The notes under the pieces: model-generated | Told to the model about the DNA's origin: nothing | Seen by the model: only the letters and a program-made list of their open reading frames with translations | Databases searched by the model: none | Shown: in pieces, positions 51,161-62,122 of the stretch | Layout of the letters: every line of letters begins with the position of its first letter | How positions within the stretch are numbered: the first letter of the stretch is position 1 | Position numbers and translations under genes: made by a program | Assembly: GCF_001194135.2 (NCBI RefSeq) | Contig: NC_068984.1 | Coordinates: 119,046,285-119,110,284, forward strand | Direction of reading: 5' to 3' | Source: Octopus bimaculoides | Taxonomy: Eukaryota | Length of the DNA stretch: 64,000 bases

Positions 51161-51291
51161 ACTTATCCGCCACACAGAGGCGCACTTCATGGAACGCTAG
51201 TGGCCATCACTCGAAACACAATTTGACATAACTAAAATATGGCATTAACAAGATCTACGAAGTCTCATTATACGGCACAACTAAATCTTAC

Positions 51292-51349
51292 CTCGAAATC
51301 TGAGTTCGTTGTCAGGCTCTAAGATTAGGACCTGCAAGTTCTTAGCCAT
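51292..51349 (-). CDS. Vap33: First coding exon of VAMP-associated protein (VAP; N-terminus of MSP domain)
   Basis: Minus strand reads AAAGA ATG GCT AAG AAC TTG CAG GTC CTA ATC TTA GAG CCT GAC AAC GAA CTC AGA TTT CGA G|GTAAGA = MAKNLQVLILEPDNELRFR(G). This closely matches recalled human VAPB [20 protein letters not shown] and VAPA [20 protein letters not shown]. It has 58 coding nt ending in a phase-1 donor, the exon-1 boundary I recall for VAPB. It is missing from the ORF track because it is short. Confidence 0.93.
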
Positions 51350-51424
51350 TCTTTCAGCACAAGAAATTTGATTTTGGTTATCTCCCACGTTTACATCAAA
51401 AGGGAACGTGATTCTTTATCGGCC

Positions 51425-51434
51425 ACGCATGCGT
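51425..51434. promoter_or_regulatory. Palindrome ACGCATGCGT, NRF1/EWG-like site
   Basis: Perfect 10-bp palindrome containing the CGCATGCG core, about 75 bp upstream of the VAP ATG. Confidence 0.5.
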
Positions 51435-51769
51435 ACTCGATCGGTTTCAGAACGAGGCTATTCAATTTTCCATCATTTCATTTATTACGCGATTTATTTA
51501 TAAACTTGGGTAAGGGAGATAACAATGATGGTCGAAAGGTTGAGTAACGTCCCTTTATATAAGCATTCGTAAAGCGATTGTTCATTTGTTTATTTATTTT
51601 TCTTAGAGCTTTCATTTGAAAGCTATAATGGGAAGGCGATTAAGTTAAACGATTTGAGTCCTGACGAAAAAGAATCGCGCAAATAAGAAAGAATTGGAAG
51701 ATCATTTTGATGTGTAACATCTTCTCATAATCTAATCGATACAGTGGTATAGTGGTGTCAATTGTTCTA

Positions 51770-52410
51770 ACAGGACCGAGTGCAGAACCGCAGTATACTT
51801 GTTCAACGGATCAACTTGATGTTATGGATTCTTATGAGTATTTTCGCAACTCTGTCTCCAAGGACGAGTCCTTAGATTCCGAGATTAACTTGAGTTACAG
51901 GGCGACTTCTATTGTATGCAGGACACTGAAGAAACATTACAATTCTCAGACAGAGAATTGTAATGTCGTGAATCCCTGTTATACTCATATTCATCTGAGA
52001 CATGGACCCCTATATCAACAACACGTGAAAATACTTGACAGGTTTCACCAAAAGTTCTGAGACAGACATAGTCAAATTGTGGCTTGCGGGACTTTTGGTT
52101 GACACGCCTAACATAAAATATCTTGAACTATTTTTGTAGAGAAGCCCACTTATCGATGAGCCATGCCTTGTGCAGCCCACTTCTCAAAATAAGTTACCCA
52201 TAACTGGTCTTAGAAGTACATAAAACATCAGCTGCAGATCCGTTACACCTGACACAAAAGTGCTGGAATAAGCAAGCTTTCTTAATGTAGAAGCTCATCT
52301 TATCAAATATTTTATGCGAAAGGTTGGTCACGTCATCCGACTTGGGGGTGTTAAGCCTCCTGAAGCAACAATTACTTTATGGTGAATGGTAAACGTCTCC
52401 ATCGCATGGA
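51770..52410 (+). mobile_element. RTE (BovB-like) LINE RT C-terminal fragment
   Basis: DQLDVMDSYEYF..SVSKDESLDSEIN, KILDRFHQK, GHVIRL, QLLYGE..NGKR remnants. Confidence 0.75.
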
Positions 52411-53428
52411 AAAAAATCATAACACTTTAAGTCCTTCAACTTTTGGTGTACAAACTGACAAAAGAGCAAAACATCGTTGGAATTCGTTCCCCATATAGAA
52501 TTTTTTTTTAAAAAACTTTTCTTATGCTACCACAAAATCAATGCACTGTCATAAAGTTTCATAGTGACTGGAATTTGCTTTGCAAAAGAATTTTCTCATT
52601 TGCAATTCTATCTTTTCAGATGACTTTGAGGGTGTTATGCTGACATTGTTGATGTATCCTGTTTTCTGACAGCCTTTGCCAACATTTTCCATGTTTTACT
52701 GCCATATGGAACTGTTGGTAGGGCTGTCGTGCTATATAGTTGAGATCTTCATGTCAGTACTGATGCATTCTCTCAAACCTTCTCTTCCTTCTGGCAAATG
52801 ACTTTGTGAGGAAGCACTGCAGGACAGTGGCGAAGAGAAACAGAAAAGGCTTTGTTGTGCATGCACACACACACACACACACACATTCCTTGGCTGTCAC
52901 TTGTAATCAAGAATGACTTAGTAGCATGAGAAAAAGTTTCTTTTATATGAGGAAAGAAGTTCAAATGTGTTATGCTATTTTCTTGGCTTCCAGGCCAAAA
53001 TTTGCTAGCACAACACCAACAATAGGTATTTCAGAATACTGTTGGTAGTCCTAGTGTAAGGATCTTTCTCTAACTTTTTTCTCTTTTCTTCCTGTTGTTT
53101 CATCCACTTTGACTCTACAACCTTTCCTCCTTTCATTAGAGCATTCCACTCTTTTAAGCTAATAAGTTCCTTTCTTTATCTGGTTCATTATCTAGGGATT
53201 GCAGTGAGTAAATACTAAAGGGTTTTCTCTCCAATCTTTCTCTAACAATCTTCATTCAACATTTGTGGATCAATTCTCAATTCTGCAAAGTAAATATATG
53301 CCAATGGAGTCTGTAATCTGCAGCAGAGATGCTGGCATCAAACAGATTGTTTGCTGGCTTGTATTATCCATTATGAGCTATCATAATATATAACAGTTTT
53401 CTTAGCCTGCAATATAATGTCCGATTCT

Positions 53429-53667
53429 AAATTGGAGCGGAGTCGCGTTTTTCATTTAAAAGAAACACTGTCCTCTCCATATACACACGCTTCTTTTCCC
53501 GTTCAAATACTCACATATTCAATTTTATACACATACACACACGTTGTTTCCCGTTCAAATATATTCAATTTCAAATATACACGCATGCACACACGCACAC
53601 ACATACATACACTTCTGTTTCCCGTTCAAACATTCGCGTATTCAATCCACACATATACACATACATA
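53429..53667 (+). repeat. Copy 2 of the 240-bp direct repeat
   Basis: Aligns with 49840-50080. Confidence 0.95.
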
Positions 53668-54131
53668 TATCAGTTTTAGCTTTACCAAAATTACTGGCTT
53701 CCACTAAGAAAGGCTGAGTAATGGTTGTGTGGTAGTTTTTAGAATGAGGCTGCAAAAATCTCATTACTTATTTGTATGTGTGTTTAGCTTGAAAACAGTG
53801 CCTCAATGAAATATTCACCCACCTCCAACAAGCATTGAAAATGGATGTAAAATAAAACAAATATGTATGTATTTATGTGTGTTTGCATGTAAGGCAAGGA
53901 AGAAAATGGAGAAGATAATTGACAAACATCAGCTAGATTTATTTATTAATTACAATCATATGAATAAATAAATAAGGATAAATGAGTGAATATAACTCTA
54001 CTCTTACAGCTGTTTCTACTTTGGAGGTCCAGCATGCCAAAGTTGGCACATCATACCAAGATTATACAAAGATTGTACAAAAATTGAACAAAAATCATGG
54101 TCCCATTCCAAAACAGACACACACACGCATA

Positions 54132-55191
54132 CACAAGGTGCATTCCAGAAGTTTTGAGATTTTTCCAAGAGAAACTTATTAATTTCAAAGAAGTACAAAA
54201 CCCTAATTTCCACCAAAGAAGGATTCTCTGACTTCAATGTACTTGTTGTAGTTCTCCAGCCTATTCATGAAGGCTTCATGGAAGTCTTCTAAAGCAGTTC
54301 TCTGCAAACTTTTTTCACTTGCAGTACACTTATATTCTTTTCAAAATTTGGTGGCACACCTGAACTGAAAATATAACTAACAGTATAGGGGAAAAAATTA
54401 TATTTAGGTTACACTGTGGTACACCTAGCATCGTCTCGTGGCACACCAGTGTGCCACAGCATGCTGGCTGCAGAGCACTGTTCTAAAGTGAAGATGTCCA
54501 AGAGCTTTGACACAGCCTCTTTCATCTTTTCCTTCGATTTGGGGAACAACAAAAAGTCACAAGGAGCAGGGTCTGGATCGTAGAGAGGTTAAGGGACAGT
54601 TTTGATGCTCATCTTTGTCAAGCAGTTGGTTACCAGGATAGAATTGTGGACTGGTTCATTGTCTTGGTGCGGGTGCTCTGGCCTTTTTTGGTAACATCTC
54701 TCTCTGAACTCCCTCAAAACTTCCACAAGGTGCTCTTTGTTGACCACCCAGCCATAAGAGGTTCAGTGAATGTAGAAATGGGGAATCATGATGATCCCCT
54801 GTTAAAAAAAAAGGGATCATCATGAGCTTCCCAGTGGACTTGCTTTGTCAGAAGCTCATCTTATACAAATTAACCCATAATCTAAAACATTTAGTAAGTT
54901 TCCATAGTATTTTTAACTGGTTTAACACAAAACTTTATTTTACAATGAGCTTCCAAATTTTCTTCACCTCCTGACTGCATTTTGCAAACTAGTCAGCTGT
55001 GACAGCCGCTGTTCAGTAGATTGTGTTCAAAGTGTTGTTCGAGATGTCTCCTTTAATCTGGAGTAAAAAAAAAATGTTGGCAGGTCAGCTTGTTAGATAT
55101 TTTGTAATGATATATTAAAATCACAATAATCTAAGACAGTTATAACTGCCTCTCCTAAAAAAGTTTCAATACTTCTGGAATACACTTCATA
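54132..55191 (-). mobile_element. Mariner transposon relic (second family), internally deleted
   Basis: TIRs CAAGGTGCATTCCAGAAGT / ACTTCTGGAATACACTTCA. Minus-strand remnants KIKFCVK, KSTGKLMMIPFF, VNKEHLVEVLREFRER, HQDNEPVHNS, YDPDPAPCDFLLFPK. Confidence 0.88.
54295..54480. mobile_element. hAT (Charlie/Buster-type) MITE nested in the mariner
   Basis: TIRs CAGTTCTCTGCA / TGCAGAGCACTG; 8-bp TSD TTCTAAAG at 54287-54294 and 54481-54488; removing it restores FTLE-DFHEAF in the transposase. Confidence 0.92.
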
Positions 55192-55371
55192 TATCAACCA
55201 GACTGAGATACTGTTAGACTTTACAGGTCACAATGTGCTTCTATTCTTCCTTTGACTGTACTTTCCCTTCCATTTGAACAAATTTTTTTTATCTATGTCA
55301 TCTTTCCATTGTGTTAAAAATCTTCTGAGTAGTCTCTTCCAATTTCTTGGACACCACTCAATGACTGTGGA

Positions 55372-55620
55372 GGTACATGGCTTAGTAGTTAGTAGTTAGG
55401 GTGTTGGACTCATGATCCTAAGATTGTGGTTCAGTTCCTGGACTGGGCAACATGTTGTGTTCTTGAGCAAGTGACTTCATTTTATGTTGCTCTAGTCTAT
55501 TCAGCTGGCAAAAATGAGTAATCCTGGAATGGACCAGCATCCCATCCAGGTGGGGAATATATATGTCATGGAAACCGGGAAACCAGCCCTATGAGTCTGT
55601 ATGACTCAGGAAGAAACTTT
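55372..55620 (+). mobile_element. tRNA-derived SINE with a V-domain-like central segment
   Basis: Head TGGCTTAGTAG...GGTTCAGTTCC, then TGTGTTCTTGAGCAAG and ATGGACCAGCATCCCATCCAGG (V-SINE-like assignment from memory). Confidence 0.6.
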
Positions 55621-56088
55621 ACTGTATTTTTACTACTCAATAACTGCAAATGTCCATCCATCATCTCTTAAGTCTTACAACATGTCTTGCCCAGCAGAAC
55701 TTGTGCTCCCAGTATTCAGCAATTACATGGTCTGCTCTATTCTGAAATTACCTCATTTCAAATATGCTCCTGCAACAATATCCCTAGCATAGACAATTAC
55801 AAATATGTAACAGAACAGACGTATATATATATATACGATCATATATATTCTGTTATGCAGTTACCATTGTCTATGTGTGAACAGAGATAAATATATCTAG
55901 GTAAAGCAAGAGAGAAGACTGAGAGAAAGACTGACAGAGTCATAGATGAGAGAAGCATAAGTAATGAGTCGATGACAGACAGCAGTAAGGAAAGTGGGAG
56001 TGGAAGAGTGGCAAGAAATCAAACTATGTTATCCAGACTTTGTCAACTTGACCTGTAGGTTGCCATTAAAAATTATGTATTTGGTGCA

Positions 56089-56119
<31 letters not shown>

Positions 56120-56564
56120 GCTGTGCAGGGGAAGTGGTGTGTGTGTATGTGTGCGCACACATTGAAAAGGGTATGTGACACCACAAAAACGACACATCTC
56201 TTCCTTTGGTTACTTGTGCATGCATGTCTATGTCTACAATCTGCCAATAGTGTGTGTGTGTGTTAGTGGTTTGTCTGTGTCTATAGTCTGTTGTTTGTGC
56301 ATGTGTATGTATGTGACATGTATGTCTATGTATAAGTGCTGCAATGCAGCAAACTCTAGTTCCAAGGGACACTACACTTACAGTATTATTTTATACTTTG
56401 CCAAAGTGTTACTGCTTTATGACTAAGTTCCATCCATCTTACACATGGAATGAAACAAAATAGCCAGAAAGTTCAAAAAGTATTCTTGTTAGAGACTCAG
56501 ACATATTAGATTTGGTTACGATTTGTAAAGTGTTTACACTGTTCATCCCAATCAGCAGGAATGC

Positions 56565-56770
56565 TTGCTTGCTTGCTTGCTTCATGCTCTTGTTTGATGG
56601 GGTTGGAATCGTCCCAGGTTTAATGGTCCCAGAGACATTATCATGTGAAGAGCTGACCAGGTTCTCCAGTGCTCTCCATCACAGGTAGTCCAATGCCAGC
56701 TCTTCTGCATCCTCCGAGGCAACGCTGAGCCTCTGGTGACTTTATGTGGGGATGTGCCTACATAAAGTAT
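56565..56770 (-). mobile_element. RTE LINE extreme 3' end with (AAGC)n tail
   Basis: DGEHWRT-like terminal peptide followed by AAGCAAGCAAGCAAGC on the minus strand. Confidence 0.55.
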
Positions 56771-57433
56771 GAGAACTTGAATCATTTCACCAACTTCAAA
56801 TACCAGATAGCTGCATTTATGCTACATGCAGAGAAGTGTGCTTCAAAAGAGGTCAGTTAAAAAAAATGATAGTAATTGAGAGTAGCAACAATGACAGAAG
56901 CAATTGTTTCACAATCACCTTCAGATCCATGAAGCCTCGTTGCAGTTCTATAGAAAATTTGTGGACTGTCAGCACCTGACAATCTGTAGCTAAAATTTAG
57001 AAGATACTTATCTAATGATTGTAATCATTGAGTTCAGCAACATCATCCGCAGGCTGTCATTCATTTCCATGATGCCAGCTTCAACATCACTGCCTTTGCT
57101 ATCAAGGTTATAGTTTACAGATTGGGTGGAGACTAATTGTATAAATGCAGTTTCCTTAGCATAAGTAACTGGTCACAGGTTCAATATAAGCTCTGTTATG
57201 ATGCTGTTTCTGCAGATCAAATTTATTGTTGAAAGTGAGACCCAGATACTTGATCAAAACATGAAAATTCTCTGGCACAGATGATGACCATATTCTGAAT
57301 GTCTACCAGAACAAGAAAAACTTTTCTGATAATTCTACTGCTCGAGTTAAACTAGCTTTCTAACTGCTGCTTAGAGTTAAACCAGCTTACAATGCATTCA
57401 GCAGCTATTGAACCTCATCATTCATCACACAGC

Positions 57434-57935
57434 ATCCTATCATCATCATCATCATCATCATCATCCTGTGTTTTAAAACTGGGTTTTGTCCCCGTTAACG
57501 GGGGTGGCCAGATTTACCTCAATGCCATAACAACCGCCCTCACACCATCTCGCCATCTTGCCCAGTTTTGGGCGTCCTCCTCCTTCTTCAACCCAATCCT
57601 CCCAATCTCCTCTTCCACCTTTTCCTCGGTCTACCTTGCTTTTGCGCTCCATTTACCTCAGATGCAATCACCTTCCTCAGAACATGCTCTTCATCCCTCC
57701 TCAATGCATGCCCATACCACCTCACTCGATTTGCCCTTGCCAACCATTCCACCAATTCCTCCAACCCCAGCATTCCCATCAATTTCTCAGTCCTCCTCTT
57801 ATCAAACAGCTTCACCCCACACATTTCTCTCACCATTGCTCCCTGTCTTTCTCAAAATTGCCATCTCTCTCTCCCTCAGACACCATGTCTCACTCCCATA
57901 CAGCATTGCAGCTCTCACACAACTCTTATAGAAAA
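57434..57935 (-). mobile_element. 5'-truncated RTE LINE with (GAT)n tail
   Basis: YKSCVRAAMLYGSETWCL, then MVREMCGV...RVRWYGHALRR...GRPRKRW; 3' UTR ends in (GAT)n. Confidence 0.9.
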
Positions 57936-58599
57936 GGAACCAGAGCAGTAGAAATGGGAAAATAGTCAATGAATACCCAATGTCCCATAAAAATGCTTTT
58001 GATGTTTTGGATCAAACTGAAAGGGATATCAGAGGAATAAATTCTTTGTTTGGCAAAGTAACATAGCCATAGCAGGAAACATTTTATCAATACTGCCAAT
58101 CATTCCAAATGAGAAAAGAGCTGACCAAAGGAGAAGCTGCTTGATATTGTCACATTTGTGCCAACATGTTATGAAACTTAAGTGGGAAACAAAACACGAG
58201 AGCTTACTACCATAGCAAAGACCAGGACAGTTGGTTATGCCATCACCCCATCTCTCTCACCCTCAAATGCGCTTACACTCCATCCCCACACCGACTGGAG
58301 TAACCATGTATCTCCTCTACAGCAAGACAACAGTTTCTGTCCCTCTATCACACTCAAACCACCAAACACATGCCAGCATGGAAGCCAAACATTAAATGAT
58401 GATGATGATGATGATATATATATATATATATATATATATATCAAGACTGATTCCAATCCCAAAATATCTAATAGAAAATTTTACATCTCACACTGCTATC
58501 TACTAACCACTAAACATATATCCCTTATGTCTTAGCCCTTCTACATGACATAGCTTTTATCCATCTCAGTTTCATAGTCACTGTTAAAATTGTATTTTA

Positions 58600-59640
58600 A
58601 ATTAACAAAATCCTGATAGATTATCTATCTTCTAATGTCCACATTTGTTGATGTTTCAATGTTGACCCTAACAACTAGTTCTATTCCAACAAAATTGCTG
58701 AAGATGGCAGATGTTACAATGATTTCTATGTGGTATTCAATCTAATACAAATTGTTGTTTCTTCAACTCATTTTCAATATGTTGATAATAAAAATCCCAA
58801 TTTGCTTAATCTCTTCCTGACTATATAGCCTAATCTTTATGTTGCAGCTTTGTAATCTCTGCTTGGTAGATCAGATCACTTTTAGGCATGGTTGTTATTT
58901 AGATATAGAACAAAATGTCTTTTGATGTGCTGTTCCATCAGGCTATGTTCAAGTACTTTAATGCAGATTGGGAAGGATTCTATCCTGTTTTCTGGTTGAT
59001 GCCATATTTGATTATTTTTTCAGATTAAGGGCACCAAAATTTACATCTCTGATTGCTGACTGGATCCGGGTTGGATCAACAGTCCTGACCTACATAAAAT
59101 ATCAAAAACATTATATGAAAGAGAGCCTTGCTTCCTAATAGGCACAAGATAAGGAAAGAGCAATACAGTTCATCTGAATCACTTGAGATGGAGACAAGTG
59201 TAAAATAACAATATATAGTAGTAGAAGCATATTTAGAAAATGAAGACTACTCAAAACTTAGAACTGTATTTAGACAGCATAACATGCACATGTGTAAAAA
59301 ACACAGAAAGGTGAATGAGGAGGCTCAGATTGAATTCAAGGCGAATAACCAGATTATGCTAGATAACTAAGTTTATTGTAGTGGCAGAAGAGGGCGTTAC
59401 AAGGCTGTGAAGGATTACAGATTGAAAGTTTGCTCTGACTGAAGGACTATTATTGATAACAGACCTGTAATCAAAGGAATATCATGCAAAAGTGTGATCA
59501 GTAATTAATGATTAGTTGTATTCTAGTCTTGGAAAGAGTCAAAAAGATTTTTAGGGTTTTGTCTTCAACTGCAAATAACACTGTTAAAAGTATAAGGCTT
59601 CCAATAGAGATTGGTGGGGATGAATAATTCTAGAAAATAT
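58600..59640. mobile_element. CR1-type endonuclease region in two oppositely oriented pieces
   Basis: Plus 58600-59150: LLNLFLT..LGRSDH and ADWIRVG..KYQ. Minus 59170-59640: RANFQSV and THVH..AV remnants of the more N-terminal part. Confidence 0.5.
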
Positions 59641-59704
59641 CCTCCTCCTCCTCCTCCTCCTCATCATCATCATCATAATCACCACCACCACTACCACCGT
59701 CATC

Positions 59705-59940
59705 ATTTAATATCAACTCTTCCATGCTTGCATAGGTCAGACAGAATTTGTTGAGGCAGATTTTCTATAGCTGGATGCCCTCCCTATTACCAGCCCTAAC
59801 CTGTTTCCAAGCAAGATAATATTTCCCCATGGCCAGACATTTTTCGTGGGAAACTGAAAATGAACAGCATCACTTGTATGATGGTGATGCTTGTCACATG
59901 ACGTTGAAGACAAGGGTACACACAAATACACACACATGTA
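59705..59940 (-). mobile_element. SINE family B 3' half
   Basis: Reverse complement GGAAATATTATCTTGCTTGGAAACAGG...ATGCAAGCATGGAAGAGTTGATATTAAATGATG. Confidence 0.75.
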
Positions 59941-59949
59941 TACATATAC

Positions 59950-60532
59950 CTGAATCGAAATTGAACCGAATCCGACAACTGGCATCCATGCCAACCTCTC
60001 CTTCATTGGACACTAAACTCTGCTTGCGAAGACCTGTTGGGGCAAGTGAAATCGAAATCATAATTGGACCATATTCGATGATTGGCACCTGTGCCAGTGG
60101 ACCACTAACAGCACCTTCCGCGCGTGATCATTGCCAGAGCAGCTGTCTGGCTTCCGTGCTAGTGGCACGTAAATAGCACCATTTGAGCGTGATCGTTACC
60201 AGCGTCGCCTTACTGGCACTTGTGCTGGTGGCACGTTAGAAAAGCATTCGAGCAAGGTCGTTGCTAGTGCCGCTGGACTGACTCCCATGCAGGTGGCACG
60301 TAAAAAACACCATTTTGAGTGTGGCTGTTGCCAGTACTGCGTGACTGGCACGTAAAAGCACCCACTACACTCTCGGAGTGGTTGGCGTTAGGAAGGGCAT
60401 CCAGCTGTAGAAACTCTGCCAGATTACATTGGAGCCTGGTGCAGCCATCCAGTTTACCAGTCCTCAGTCAAATCATCCAGTCCATGCTAGCATGGAAAGC
60501 GGACGTTAAACTATGATTTTGATGATGATGAT
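59950..60532 (+). mobile_element. Relatively young non-autonomous retroelement 3' end with about 65-bp internal tandem repeats
   Basis: GGCACGT recurs at 60164, 60230, 60295 and 60347; ends CCATGCTAGCATGGAAAGCGGACGTTAAAC..GATGATG; CpGs retained. Confidence 0.8.
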
Positions 60533-61357
60533 ATACAATGGGCTTCTTTCAGTTTCCAGTTACCAAATCTACTCACAAAGCTTTGGTTTCCTGGAGCTAT
60601 GGTAAAAAACACTATATTTTTCTAAAATTGAATACTTATGCAAGGTTACAAGAAGAATAACTCCAACATAGAAAAAGGAAGAAAGGTGAAAGAGAGAAAT
60701 AGAGAAGGTGAGCCACAGATTACAGATAGAAATAATAACTGTATGTTGGGTATTTTTATTTAAATATGTATGAAACACAAAATATATTTGGCAATATGCT
60801 ATGTAGACATCTTAGTTCTTTCCTGGGAAAAGCCCATTTTAGGACATACTATTTAAGCTACTATTCTCTTGAAAACTACAACCCTGAAGAAATTTTATGT
60901 GGAAGTCACAAGAAGTATTTTGTTATACTTCCTTATTTCAAGAGCTTAACAGAAACAGTCTATCTTATTTCCTTTGCAATATAACACACAATGATAACAT
61001 TGTAACCAGATCAACATGACATCAGGTTTCCTACTTTTCTCACTTCACAGGTGATATTATATTTCAACTTTAATAATCCTCCTGTACAGTATTGTAGATG
61101 CAAATGGAATTATAATAAAAGACTAAGACATTTATAAATGAAAAATAAAATTGCAGAACTCAGAATATATTTATTTCAAACAGTTCTTTCTTTAAATTGC
61201 TACATCCTAAGTAGCCAATAATATAAACCATAAGGTATTCTGCTGCCAAATGTAATCCCTACTGAACAGAAGCAAGCACAATCTCATCTTTCATACAGTA
61301 TACATTCTTAGATTTTTCTACTTCACATTCAAAGCATACACATGCATGCATACATGC

Positions 61358-61391
<34 letters not shown>

Positions 61392-62087
61392 ACACACATA
61401 AACACAATACACACACACACACACACATGCAAGCTGACACAGAGAGGGTCTGTACATGATCACTCAACTTGCAGAAATAGCAACCATCTTCTCCCTCAAT
61501 TGCAACCTACCATCTTCAAAAAAAAAGGAAAAAACAAAAAACAAAAACACAGACGCTTTGGATAATTTAGTCCTAGGTATGGCATCTCTGAATAAAAGCT
61601 GAGGTGGTCACGACTAGAACAATCTGACCATTGATCTGCCTAAAGTAAGACTGGCTTAAGGGCATTTATATTCAATGTCTCTTTGAAAATAATTATAAAT
61701 ATAATTTATAGTCCATAAAATTATAAATATCAAAACATAAAGATTACATATTTGTGTGTTTTTCTAATTCATCTTATTTATTTATTTATTTATTTTCCTC
61801 TGAATATCATTAATCTTTTGGAAGAAACAAAATAAAAATTTTATCTTACAAAGATTTATGGAAGTCACATAAATGTAGCCCCATCAATAACAATCCAAAC
61901 CTTTTATTTTTCTTTCTTGATATTCTTTTTAAATTTGTTAATGTACAATTAACATCAAAGGCAAAAATGACAACTATGCCTGTTTGCCATTTGATATGTC
62001 GTCTGTTATTTCCATTTAGCCGAGTGATACTCTCTTCAGTAAATCTTTTCCTATATTTCTGGGCAATGTGTCTATCTCGCTACTTTG

Positions 62088-62122
<35 letters not shown>

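Larger units (their letters stand above)
1..51291 (-). other. Putative intron 1 of the VAP gene (at least 51 kb; 3' end outside the window or in a gap)
   Basis: Begins at the GTAAGA donor at 51291. Manual search for exon-2/3/4 motifs (PFTDVV, CFKVKTTAP, RPNSG, HKFMVQ, LRCVFEMP) on the minus strand found no match. Content is TE debris and simple repeats. Confidence 0.65.
47550..52450. promoter_or_regulatory. CpG-retaining (putatively unmethylated) promoter domain around VAP exon 1
   Basis: I counted about 18 CpG in 51181-51540 versus 2 in 21901-22320. Edges estimated by eye. Confidence 0.7.

Noticed and set aside
55372-55445. tRNA gene
   Set aside because: The tRNA-like head is degenerate and continues into a SINE body; the same applies to the other SINE heads.
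57392-57965. Plus-strand Ser/Pro-rich ORFs of 127-179 aa
   Set aside because: They are antisense shadows of the minus-strand RTE fragment plus the (CAT)n tract.
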